The position numbers were made by a program, and so were the translations under genes. The notes under the pieces are model-generated. The model did no database searches. It saw only the letters and a list, made by a program, of their open reading frames with translations, and was not told the origin of the DNA. A stretch of 64,000 bases of DNA from Candidatus Babelota bacterium (GTDB lineage Bacteria > Babelota > Babeliae > Babelales > Vermiphilaceae), in NCBI GenBank assembly GCA_049325595.1, contig JBMOLF010000015.1, positions 1-64,000 on the forward strand, in the 5' to 3' direction. Every line of letters begins with the position of its first letter. Within the stretch, counting starts at the first letter, position 1. This document shows, piece after piece, positions 18,445 to 27,317 of this stretch.

Positions 18445-21153
18445 TTATTCTAAATTATGTTCTTTGCAGCGGCGGTTTACTGATGAGCGATTTACCCCTA
18501 AGAATGCTGCAATTTTATTTTGATTTCTAAATTTATTCCACAACATTTTCATTATTTGTGGGTCGCGCAAGGCATATTTGCCTAACCGAGCGGCTTGTAC
18601 TAAATCTGGATCAGTTAACTGATACCCTCGATCAAATTCTATTTCTTGAGTAATATTATTCTTTTTGGATTTTTGTACTAACAGCTGTTGTACCTTTATT
18701 TTAAACTCTTGCAGGCTTGTTGGTCTGATATTAAGAAGCTTAGAAACATCTTTTTCAGTAATTTCCAAAAGATTTTTAAAATCTTGTGTTTTAATTGCTT
18801 GCTCAGCATAACCATGAACAATTTCACCAAGTTCAACTTCAGAAAGTGCTAAAAGTGAAGGCATAGTTAACGAAGTCTTTTTAAGTTCATCAAATAATGC
18901 TTGAGAAAATTTCCCTTCTTGAACTAAGCGAGAAATGTGTACACTTGATGAGCAAATAATACGAACATCACTAAAAATCTTTTGATTAGCTTTATAAGGA
19001 CGGTAATATCCATATTTTATAAATTCAGCTAAATTTTCTTGGGTTTCAAGATCAAGAAAATGAATATTTTCAATATACAACGTACCAACGCCATTTAATT
19101 TTTCTAACAATGGTTTTTGTGGTAAATCAGCATTTTTTATACTATACAAGGGATTAGAGCCAAATAAGGTTATTAAAATTTCATTACCTTTAGATTGATT
19201 TTGCAAATTCAACACATGCAAGGTTTCGCGCATATTAATATGATGAATAAGCTCAATTGTAGGGATTAAATCTTCAGTTGGCATGTCAATTAACAATGCT
19301 TTTTTACTCAGCGCAATTTCAAGCAAGGAAATTTTAAAATTAAGTAAAGTTTCACTAGAACCAGGAATTAATTGATTAATAAGTTGGCCTTGTTTAGTAG
19401 TTTCTAGATATAACAAATAATCCCATTTACTTGGGTCTTTTAATAGATTTATTTGTTTAAGAATAACATCGGTAATGTCAGGATAATAAACCGTTAAAAT
19501 TACATTATTCCGTTCTAAATTAGGCATACCACAAATAATTAATTTATTTCCCTGTATGTCGGTTGCCATTGAAGTTTGTGGTGATTTATATTCTTCAACT
19601 TGTTGAGCGACATGACGTAATGCTTTTGTTAATGGATGCCCATCTTGATTATTAAGATCAATACCAATAAGATCTTTTGCGCTTTTATTACCAAAAATAA
19701 AACGGCGTTGCTTATAAAAAACAACTCCAATTTCTTTATGTTTAGAAAGTCGCAAGAACGACCGAATACTTTCTTTGTAATAATTTATTTCTTGATGTTT
19801 GTGATAGAGTTCTTCTTTAAGTTCTTTTTCTTGGTGTATGAGTGTTTCAAGATTGCGATGTTGAAGTAAGTTTATGACATTTCCTAAATAACTGGCAAAA
19901 ATAATCATTTCATCGCGATCTACATTGTCATAAAATTTATGTGGTCGTGCAAAACGATCAACAACAATATAAGCAATAATAGTGTTATCTTTATAAATAG
20001 GAATAAATACATCGGCATTAATTGATTCTAAAAAACTAACAAGTGTAGCATGGAGCGATGTTTGCTCATAAAAATTAGTAAAATCTATTTCGTCGTAAAT
20101 TAATATTTTTGAGTTTAAAAGATACGAGTTTAATTCCTGATTGTCACTATTTAATAATGCTTCAACCGCATGTTCGACCTTAGGAAGTTCAGTTTCTGCT
20201 TTTTGGTTGTTTGCACGAAAATAAAGAGTAGTTTTTCCCGTAGGAACTTCAAGTGCTTGTTTAAAAAATGTTTGGGCAATATGGCTTAGTTCTCTTAGGT
20301 TAGTTGCTTGGCTTAATTGAGCGAGAGTATCTTTGAAGTTATCAATGAAGTTAAATTGACTAGTAGTTTGAACGTGATTTTCAAAATTTAGAAAACGAAG
20401 AACCATGATTTGCTTAACACATAGAAAAATGACGGTTGTTAATAATATGGTAGATATACTAACTATGGCAAAACTATTGCCAAAATAACCGGGAAAGAAA
20501 TTAAAAGGATAAACTTGAATAATGTCAGATATTAATCTAGGTATTACTAAAAATTTTATAATAATGCGTAATTGTTTTTGTAAAATGTGTGGTATGTTTG
20601 AATTTCTCAATTTTCTTATGGTAAAAAGAAGGCTTGTGCAACTTAAAAAGAAAACGCTATAAATATTAACCGCTTTCATAAGAGAAAATTCGATTGAAGG
20701 TCTATCTTGCCAAGATAAACAATTAATATTAGTTAAAAGAATAATCAAAAATGAAATTGAAAATAGGAGGGTTATACAAAGGAATATATAATGTCTTTTT
20801 TTTAGTTGAGGAGTTTTTTCTGTTAAACTCTCAATAAATAAAGCTAAAGATTGATACAAAATGGGGCTGAAGCACCAAGCTATTCTTATCCAAAAAATTG
20901 AAATCCTATAATCCATCTGAGGATAAAATAAGAGCTTACTTAGAGTAAGTATCCAAGCTGAATCTTCTATTATTGATGAAATTAAAACCATTAACAGATA
21001 GAATCGCGAATATTTTATAACTGGTGCTGTAGATTGTCTTATGTATACAAAAAATAAAATGATAGATTTAAATATAAAAGATATTACACTAACGGACAAA
21101 GCAAAAGGTAGGCTGCCGAGTATATATTCGAAAAAGTTTAGAGGATTATTCAT
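18445..21153 (-). CDS. Membrane-bound one-component regulator B, paralog of 15477..18140
   Basis: ~7 TM N-terminus; ADVFIPIY GAF-like region; DYLLYLETTK.G; GTLYIENIHFLD..DVRIICSS; NQNKIAAFLGVNRSSVNRRCKE. Confidence 0.8.
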   Translation of the reverse strand: MNNPLNFFEYILGSLPFALSVSVISFIFKSIILFFVYIRQSTAPVIKYSRFYLLMVLISSIIEDSAWILTLSKLLFYPQMDYRISIFWIRIAWCFSPILYQSLALFIESLTEKTPQLKKRHYIFLCITLLFSISFLIILLTNINCLSWQDRPSIEFSLMKAVNIYSVFFLSCTSLLFTIRKLRNSNIPHILQKQLRIIIKFLVIPRLISDIIQVYPFNFFPGYFGNSFAIVSISTILLTTVIFLCVKQIMVLRFLNFENHVQTTSQFNFIDNFKDTLAQLSQATNLRELSHIAQTFFKQALEVPTGKTTLYFRANNQKAETELPKVEHAVEALLNSDNQELNSYLLNSKILIYDEIDFTNFYEQTSLHATLVSFLESINADVFIPIYKDNTIIAYIVVDRFARPHKFYDNVDRDEMIIFASYLGNVINLLQHRNLETLIHQEKELKEELYHKHQEINYYKESIRSFLRLSKHKEIGVVFYKQRRFIFGNKSAKDLIGIDLNNQDGHPLTKALRHVAQQVEEYKSPQTSMATDIQGNKLIICGMPNLERNNVILTVYYPDITDVILKQINLLKDPSKWDYLLYLETTKQGQLINQLIPGSSETLLNFKISLLEIALSKKALLIDMPTEDLIPTIELIHHINMRETLHVLNLQNQSKGNEILITLFGSNPLYSIKNADLPQKPLLEKLNGVGTLYIENIHFLDLETQENLAEFIKYGYYRPYKANQKIFSDVRIICSSSVHISRLVQEGKFSQALFDELKKTSLTMPSLLALSEVELGEIVHGYAEQAIKTQDFKNLLEITEKDVSKLLNIRPTSLQEFKIKVQQLLVQKSKKNNITQEIEFDRGYQLTDPDLVQAARLGKYALRDPQIMKMLWNKFRNQNKIAAFLGVNRSSVNRRCKEHNLE

Positions 21154-21242
21154 TATTTATTGATGTTATAGAATTAGATAACTATAATATTAGTATAATT
21201 TTTATTAATAATAACACAAACAATGTTCGATGGAGTTCATTT

Positions 21243-21326
21243 ATGAAATTCTTAAATGCCTCATTGTGGTCAGCTTTATTAACTATAGTTCTATTATCTA
21301 ATATTATACCTCCATGTGATGGCTGA
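21243..21326 (+). CDS. Unannotated 27-aa hydrophobic peptide MKFLNASLWSALLTIVLLSNIIPPCDG (putative signal peptide)
   Basis: GGAG RBS 7 nt upstream, TAGTATAAT -10-like element at ~21191, divergent from regulator B, PP(C)DG motif shared with peptide A. Confidence 0.6.
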   Translation: MKFLNASLWSALLTIVLLSNIIPPCDG

Positions 21327-21334
21327 TTTAGCAT

Positions 21335-22015
21335 ATGTCTATGGCTTTAAATAATGACCATACTGACCGGGCTATAAAAATTATTCATATTTTGAGAAAA
21401 GCTACTCAAGGTATGGTCAAGCCAGCTTCTGTAACTATTACTGAACAATTTGGTAAAAATCCTTATTTGGTGCTTATTAGTTGTATACTCAGTCTTCGCA
21501 CTAAAGATACCGTATCGCTTCCCGCTTCAATAAGATTATTTGAACATGCTCAAACACCAGAGCAAATGCTTGCAGTCCCAGTAAAAACCATAGAAAAACT
21601 TATCTATCCTTGCGGTTTTTATCGCCGTAAAGCGATTAATATTCATGAAATTAGTCAATCATTGCTTGATAAATTTGAAGGTAAAGTGCCTGCTACCCTT
21701 ACCAAATTGCTTACTTTAAAAGGTGTTGGGCTCAAAACAGCTAATTTAGTGTTAGGAGAAGGATTTGGCATTCCTGCCTTGTGTGTTGACACCCATGTTC
21801 ACCGGATATCAAATCGTCTTGGGTTGGTAAAGACAAAAACACCTGAAGAAACTGAAAAAGAATTAAAAAGAATAATTCCGCCAGAATATTGGATTGAATA
21901 TAGCCATTTAATGGTGATGTGGGGACAAAATATTTGTGTGCCGATCTCTCCATTTTGCACTAAATGCGCTATTAAAGATCTATGTCCTCAAATTGGCGTA
22001 ACCAAATTTAGATAA
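21335..22015 (+). CDS. nth: Endonuclease III
   Basis: HhH LKGVGLKTANLVL, VDTHVHRI, 4Fe-4S C-x6-C-x2-C-x5-C. Confidence 0.93.
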   Translation: MSMALNNDHTDRAIKIIHILRKATQGMVKPASVTITEQFGKNPYLVLISCILSLRTKDTVSLPASIRLFEHAQTPEQMLAVPVKTIEKLIYPCGFYRRKAINIHEISQSLLDKFEGKVPATLTKLLTLKGVGLKTANLVLGEGFGIPALCVDTHVHRISNRLGLVKTKTPEETEKELKRIIPPEYWIEYSHLMVMWGQNICVPISPFCTKCAIKDLCPQIGVTKFR

Positions 22016-22039
22016 GATTACGCCCTGAGTTTTTTAAAT

Positions 22040-23761
22040 TTACTTGTTATTTGCTTCGTCTGCCTTTGTAATAAACTGCTCAAAGGATAAGCCAAATTCT
22101 TGTTTTCCATTAGCATAACGCAAGGTAATGGTATCGTTGTCCATTTCTTTTTGGCCAATAACAACCATCCAAGGCACTTTCTCTAATTGTGCTGTTTTTA
22201 TTTGGCCAGAAAGTGGGTCAGATGAATTATCTTGTTCCACGCGTAATCCATGAGCTCTTAGTTTTTGTGCGAGTATAGAAGCATATTCTTTTTGTGCATC
22301 GGTAATTGTTAAAATTTTAATTTGTACCGGAGCAAGCCAGAAAGGGAAATTGCCTTTATAGTGTTCAATCAAAATGGCCAAGAAACGTTCAAATGAGCCA
22401 TAAATAGCACGATGGATCATGACCGGTCTTTGGCGCGCGCCGCCCGAAGCTACATAGGTGAGATCGAAATTTTCAGGCAAGAAAAAATCAACTTGAATAG
22501 TACTTACTTGCCATTCTCTACCCATTGAATCTTTAATGCGGAATTCAATTTTGGGGCCATAAAAGGCGCCTTCGCCTTCGTTAATAGTGTAATTAATGCC
22601 TGCTTGTTCTAATGAGTTTTTTAAAGCGTTGGTTGCTTGGTCCCATAGCTCATCGCTCCCCATAGCTTTTTCTGGTTTAGTCGAGAGAGCAACACTAATT
22701 TGGTTAAAATTAAAGCGATTTAAAACATGATAGGTTAAATCAATGAGTTTTTTTAATTCTGAGCCAAGTTGATCAGGTGTACAAAAAATATGTGCATCAT
22801 CTTGAGTGAAAGCGCGAACACGCAATAAACCATGTAATACACCGGAAAGTTCATGACGATGAACATGTCCAAATTCTGCAAGTCGTAGGGGTAATTCTTT
22901 GTATGAATGAGGGTGATCTTTATAAATTAAAATAGCACCTGGGCAATTCATAGGTTTTATTGCATATTGTTTTTCATCAATAGTGCAAAAATACATATTA
23001 TTTTTGTAATGCTGATAATGACCTGATTGTTGCCACAAATGATCGGATAACATGGTTGGCGTAGTAACTTCTTCGTAATTTTGCTCATCAAGTAATTTTT
23101 TTAAGTAGTTTTTTAATGCATTTAAAATGCGCATTCCTTTAGGATGGAAAAAGGGGAAGCCAACACCCTCTTCATGAAAGGAAAAAAGGTCCATTTGTTT
23201 GCCAAGTTTGCGATGATCATACATGGCAGCTTCTTCTTTTAATTTTTCATACTCAGCAAGTTCTTTTGCCGTAAAAAAAGCAGTGCCCGTAATGCGCTGT
23301 AACGCTTGGTTTTTTTTATCGCCGCGCCAATAGGCGCCAGAAATATTGAGTAATTTAAAATGGGCAAGTTCACCAGTGGTTGCTACATGACCGCCGCGGC
23401 AAAGATCAATAAAATCTCCTTGCTGAGCAATACCAACGGTATCTCCCGGAATTTGATCAATAAGTTCAAGTTTAAATGGATTATTTTTATATAGTTCTCG
23501 TGCTTTTTCTTTACTGGTTTGATAATGAGTTAATGGTAAATTACGTGCTACGATTTCATGCATGCGACGAGAGATAATAGGTAAATCTTCTTCTTTAAAA
23601 TTAATCGATGGTAAGAAATCATAAAAGAATCCATCTTCAGTTGCTGGTCCAATAGTAAGTAAGGTATCCGGAAATAATTCGGTAACAGCTTGTGCTAATA
23701 AGTGAGCAGCTGAATGTCTTAAAATTGCAAGATCATTATTAGATTTCATAGTCGTATCCAT
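22040..23761 (-). CDS. thrS: Threonine--tRNA ligase (short form lacking the N-terminal TGS domain)
   Basis: RHSAAHLL, DLCRGGH, DHRKLG, KPMNCP, GAFYGPK, HRAIYGSFERF. Confidence 0.97.
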   Translation of the reverse strand: MDTTMKSNNDLAILRHSAAHLLAQAVTELFPDTLLTIGPATEDGFFYDFLPSINFKEEDLPIISRRMHEIVARNLPLTHYQTSKEKARELYKNNPFKLELIDQIPGDTVGIAQQGDFIDLCRGGHVATTGELAHFKLLNISGAYWRGDKKNQALQRITGTAFFTAKELAEYEKLKEEAAMYDHRKLGKQMDLFSFHEEGVGFPFFHPKGMRILNALKNYLKKLLDEQNYEEVTTPTMLSDHLWQQSGHYQHYKNNMYFCTIDEKQYAIKPMNCPGAILIYKDHPHSYKELPLRLAEFGHVHRHELSGVLHGLLRVRAFTQDDAHIFCTPDQLGSELKKLIDLTYHVLNRFNFNQISVALSTKPEKAMGSDELWDQATNALKNSLEQAGINYTINEGEGAFYGPKIEFRIKDSMGREWQVSTIQVDFFLPENFDLTYVASGGARQRPVMIHRAIYGSFERFLAILIEHYKGNFPFWLAPVQIKILTITDAQKEYASILAQKLRAHGLRVEQDNSSDPLSGQIKTAQLEKVPWMVVIGQKEMDNDTITLRYANGKQEFGLSFEQFITKADEANNK

Positions 23762-23855
23762 ATAGTTAATTTACTCGATAATAAGTATATTATCATTTAT
23801 TGGGAGAATTTATACTCGGAAAATATCCACATTTTATTTTTGAGAAAGGCTTTCT

Positions 23856-24569
23856 ATGAACACTGAACGCAGGTTTAATACTACAATTGAACAAGCATGG
23901 CATAGTTTTAAAAAAAATTTATTTACTCTTATAGGAGCAAGTTTTTTAAAATGGATTACCCTATTTGGGCTCATGTTTGCCATAGGTGGCATGATCGTTG
24001 GATTGGGGCGTTTTTTTAGTATTGGTACATTATTGAGAAATAACTTAGTGCTTCCTATTGGTTTCAGCTTGGTCTTGTTATTTTTTATGTGCCTGATTTG
24101 GTTGAGTTTGGGATTTATTGATATTGCCTTAAAAATAACGCGCCAACAGCAGCCTCATATATCTGATCTGTTTGGACAATTCAATAAAGTTCTTCCTGCA
24201 TTTATTGGGTATGCCATCTATTGGGCGGTTGTGTGTATTGGTATTTTAGCATTGTTAATTCCCGGAATCTATATGGCGCTTCGTTGGTATTTTTTTCCAT
24301 ATGTTTTAGTTGATAAAAATGTTTCATTAGTGCAAGCGCTTAAGCGAAGCAGTGAAATTACTAAAGGTATGAAATTCTCACTTTTTATTTATATTATACT
24401 CATGTCTTGGTTGCTTATGATTCCCGTTTTAAACTTCCTGGTGCATATAATAAATATTCTCATTTTGGCCTATATATATCGCATTGCAGATCAACCCCGT
24501 AACCATAACAATGCGCCGATAACTCATCATGAAAACATTCAAGATACGCAAGAAATGCATAATGATTAA
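23856..24569 (+). CDS. Integral membrane protein (DUF975-like)
   Basis: Multiple TMs; LLIPGIY.ALRW.F.PY.LVD....ALKRS..ITKG motif. Confidence 0.7.
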   Translation: MNTERRFNTTIEQAWHSFKKNLFTLIGASFLKWITLFGLMFAIGGMIVGLGRFFSIGTLLRNNLVLPIGFSLVLLFFMCLIWLSLGFIDIALKITRQQQPHISDLFGQFNKVLPAFIGYAIYWAVVCIGILALLIPGIYMALRWYFFPYVLVDKNVSLVQALKRSSEITKGMKFSLFIYIILMSWLLMIPVLNFLVHIINILILAYIYRIADQPRNHNNAPITHHENIQDTQEMHND

Positions 24570-24719
24570 TGCAACGTACTTACATAAACTGCGTGCATAA
24601 GTTGATGATATGTACCAAATTTTCTGAATAAATAGTGTTATGTAATTGCATGACTTTATGTTGCTATGGTAGTCTGCAATCGTGGTCATTGATTCACCCG
24701 TTAAAACGAAAATGACAGC

Positions 24720-26099
24720 ATGACAGAAAAAAAAATATACGTATTAGATACTAATGTCTTACTTCATGATCCAACGGCAATTTTTAATTTTAAGGAAGCT
24801 ACCGTCGGTATTCCAGCCTTAGTACTTGAAGAATTAGATCAATTTAAAGGTGAAGGATCTGGCCGTGGAAGAAGTACACGGGAAGTTATACGATTGCTCG
24901 ATGGACTCAGATCGCGAGGGTCTTTAGGTGAAGGGGTAAAATTAGAAAATGGTTCTGTTGTAAAAGTATTATTTTTAAAAGAGCCTCTTCCTCAAACACC
25001 GTTTAAAATAGATATTAAAGATAATGAAATATTGTTAACATCATTATCAGCACAACAAGAAGGTTATTCAGTAACCTTTATTTCTAAGGATCTCAATGCT
25101 CGCGTTAAGGCTGATGCACTGGGCTTGCATACGGAAGATTATTATCGCGAACATGTATCTGAAGATACGTTTTATAAAGGTTGGGTACGCATTCAAGTTC
25201 CTGCGGTACAATTAAAAAGAGAGTTTCCCGAAGAATTAAGTGAGTTGGCAAAAGAAGGACTTAATATCAATCAATTTATATTGGTTGAAAGCCAACATAA
25301 TCCACATCAGTATCAAGTATTTAGATATTTAGGAAGCGGTCGTTTTAGACCGGTAAACGAACCACAATTTCAATGGCCACTCAAAGCACGAAATCCCCAG
25401 CAGCTTATGGCGCTTGATTTGCTTTTTGATAACAGTGTTCAAATGGTCACCTTATTTGGACCGGCAGGAACTGGTAAAACATTTTTAGCCTTATTAGCCG
25501 GACTGCATAAAGTTTTAGTTGAAGATGAGTATGAAAAGTTGTTGATTTCCCGTCCAGTAGTGCCGCTTGGTAGAGATATTGGCTATTTGCCTGGTACTAT
25601 AGAAGAAAAACTGCACAGTTGGATGCTGCCTATTTATGATAATATGGAATTTATTATGCATTCATCGCAAATGAGACAACAACTTGGGCTTGTTGATCAT
25701 GAACACATGGAGCGTGCTCGCGGTAAAAAAAGATTTAAAGAGAAAAAAGAGCCTCGTGGATTGCTGCCAATGGAAGATTTAATTAAGCATAACAAATTGA
25801 GTCTAGAAGCAATTACCTACATGCGTGGAAGATCTATTCCTTATCAATGGATTTTCATCGATGAGGTTCAAAATTTGAGCCCTCATGAAGTGAAAACATT
25901 AGTAAGTCGTGTTGGTGAAGGAAGTAAAATAGTTCTTTCAGGTGATCCTTATCAAATTGATTCGCCATATCTTGATTTTAGCAGTAATGGTCTTATTGTA
26001 ACAGGTGAAAAGTTTAAAAATCAGCGCATTGCTGGTGCCGTATACTTAGAAACCAGCGAGCGTAGTGAATTGAGTAAACTTGCAGGCGAATTGTTGTAG
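24720..26099 (+). CDS. PIN-domain/PhoH family ATPase (PhoH2/YlaK-like)
   Basis: YVLDTNVLLHDP PIN domain; GPAGTGKT, GYLPG, YMRGRS, IDEVQN, GDPYQID. Confidence 0.92.
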   Translation: MTEKKIYVLDTNVLLHDPTAIFNFKEATVGIPALVLEELDQFKGEGSGRGRSTREVIRLLDGLRSRGSLGEGVKLENGSVVKVLFLKEPLPQTPFKIDIKDNEILLTSLSAQQEGYSVTFISKDLNARVKADALGLHTEDYYREHVSEDTFYKGWVRIQVPAVQLKREFPEELSELAKEGLNINQFILVESQHNPHQYQVFRYLGSGRFRPVNEPQFQWPLKARNPQQLMALDLLFDNSVQMVTLFGPAGTGKTFLALLAGLHKVLVEDEYEKLLISRPVVPLGRDIGYLPGTIEEKLHSWMLPIYDNMEFIMHSSQMRQQLGLVDHEHMERARGKKRFKEKKEPRGLLPMEDLIKHNKLSLEAITYMRGRSIPYQWIFIDEVQNLSPHEVKTLVSRVGEGSKIVLSGDPYQIDSPYLDFSSNGLIVTGEKFKNQRIAGAVYLETSERSELSKLAGELL

Positions 26100-26108
26100 G
26101 GAGTTTTG

Positions 26109-26402
26109 ATGTGCTATTTGTTGCTATTACTTGGATTGTCAATTTGTTTTAGCTATGCAATGGAACCGCAATTGAATACTGATTTTTCATCGCAAGTTAA
26201 AAAAACATTAGGCAAACTAGAAACAAATTCCAAAAGTATTAAGCGGCGGCGATCATTGCAAATACCAGATCCTACACAAAATAATAATACACAAATGCGC
26301 TTGAAGGATTCGCATACCTCAGAAGAATATAAAGAGGCTGTAAAAACGGCCTCTTCTTTACAGAATTTATTTAGTAATGCTAAAAAATCGGATGATTTTT
26401 AA
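26109..26402 (+). CDS. Hypothetical exported protein
   Basis: Signal peptide ending FSYA-ME; GGAG RBS; basic KRRR patch. Confidence 0.6.
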   Translation: MCYLLLLLGLSICFSYAMEPQLNTDFSSQVKKTLGKLETNSKSIKRRRSLQIPDPTQNNNTQMRLKDSHTSEEYKEAVKTASSLQNLFSNAKKSDDF

Positions 26403-26405
26403 TAA

Positions 26406-26630
26406 TTAACAAAATGGGTTACAAGAAAGAAGACGATGAGCTATTAAATAAAATGCTCTATGTAGGGGTTGTTCTTGTAATTGTTGAATTGCATACCGAG
26501 TGCAGGTAACGGGGAATTTACAATCAGCTGGCCCCAATAAAGGTCGTATACCCTGAATAATCATAATGCACAACAAACTTGGCACGCGATATATTATTTT
26601 TTTAATTCGAACTACTATGGGTGTTTGCAT
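26406..26630 (-). CDS. yidD: Membrane protein insertion efficiency factor YidD
   Basis: CKFPVTCTRYAIQ...RLLSCNPF; follows rnpA. Confidence 0.85.
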   Translation of the reverse strand: MQTPIVVRIKKIIYRVPSLLCIMIIQGIRPLLGPADCKFPVTCTRYAIQQLQEQPLHRAFYLIAHRLLSCNPFC

Positions 26631-26979
26631 GTGATGTGGAAGAATTTTTAAAGTTTTCTAATGCATTCTTAATAAGCAACGTTACGTCGGGTAGGGTTAA
26701 AGCGACAGGTAATTTTTTAATGATTACCATGCAATCAACATTATTAAGATATAATTGTTCTTGATAAAAAATAGCTTTTATTTGACGGCGAATTTTATTG
26801 CGAGCGGGCGCATTTCCTATTTTACGGGGAGTAATAACAATAATGCGTCCAAATGGTTTGGTTGCCGGAAGACATAAAATATCAAACGACGGACCTTTAT
26901 AGACCCGTCGTGATGATTTGAAAAAATGTGCGATTTCGTGTTGAGTAAAGCTTGAAAGATTTTGCGAAATACGCATCAT
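26602..26979 (-). CDS. rnpA: Ribonuclease P protein component
   Basis: RKIGNAPARNKIRRQIKAIF RNR-like motif; between rpmH and yidD. Confidence 0.88.
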   Translation of the reverse strand: MMRISQNLSSFTQHEIAHFFKSSRRVYKGPSFDILCLPATKPFGRIIVITPRKIGNAPARNKIRRQIKAIFYQEQLYLNNVDCMVIIKKLPVALTLPDVTLLIKNALENFKNSSTSHANTHSSSN

Positions 26980-26985
26980 TATAGA

Positions 26986-27129
26986 TTAGTCGCTAACGGT
27001 TAAACGTTTTCTACCGCGAGCTCTACGACGATTGATAATTTTGCGGCCGTCATGGCTAGCCATACGCTTTAAGAAACCGTGTTTTCTCGCTCTTTTTTTG
27101 CGACTTTTTCTGAAAAATGTAACTGACAT
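26986..27129 (-). CDS. rpmH: 50S ribosomal protein L34 (47 aa, missing from ORF track)
   Basis: [47 protein letters not shown]. Confidence 0.95.
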   Translation of the reverse strand: MSVTFFRKSRKKRARKHGFLKRMASHDGRKIINRRRARGRKRLTVSD

Positions 27130-27317
27130 AGTGAGTTCCTGTCTTTATCGTGCGTATTTTTTACTTTGATAATATAGCTAATTATAAGCAAAAAATCTTT
27201 TTTTTCAAATTAGGTCTAGCCAAATGAGCTCCTTTTTTAAACTTTTCTTCCGCCTCAGGAATTTATTGACAATTTGAAAATAATATAGATAGTTTTATAA
27301 ATGAGGAGACTCTTTAA

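Noticed and set aside
24570..24719. Intergenic region before PIN-PhoH as a possible antitoxin gene or RNA
   Set aside because: No convincing ORF with RBS or stable hairpin on the + strand.
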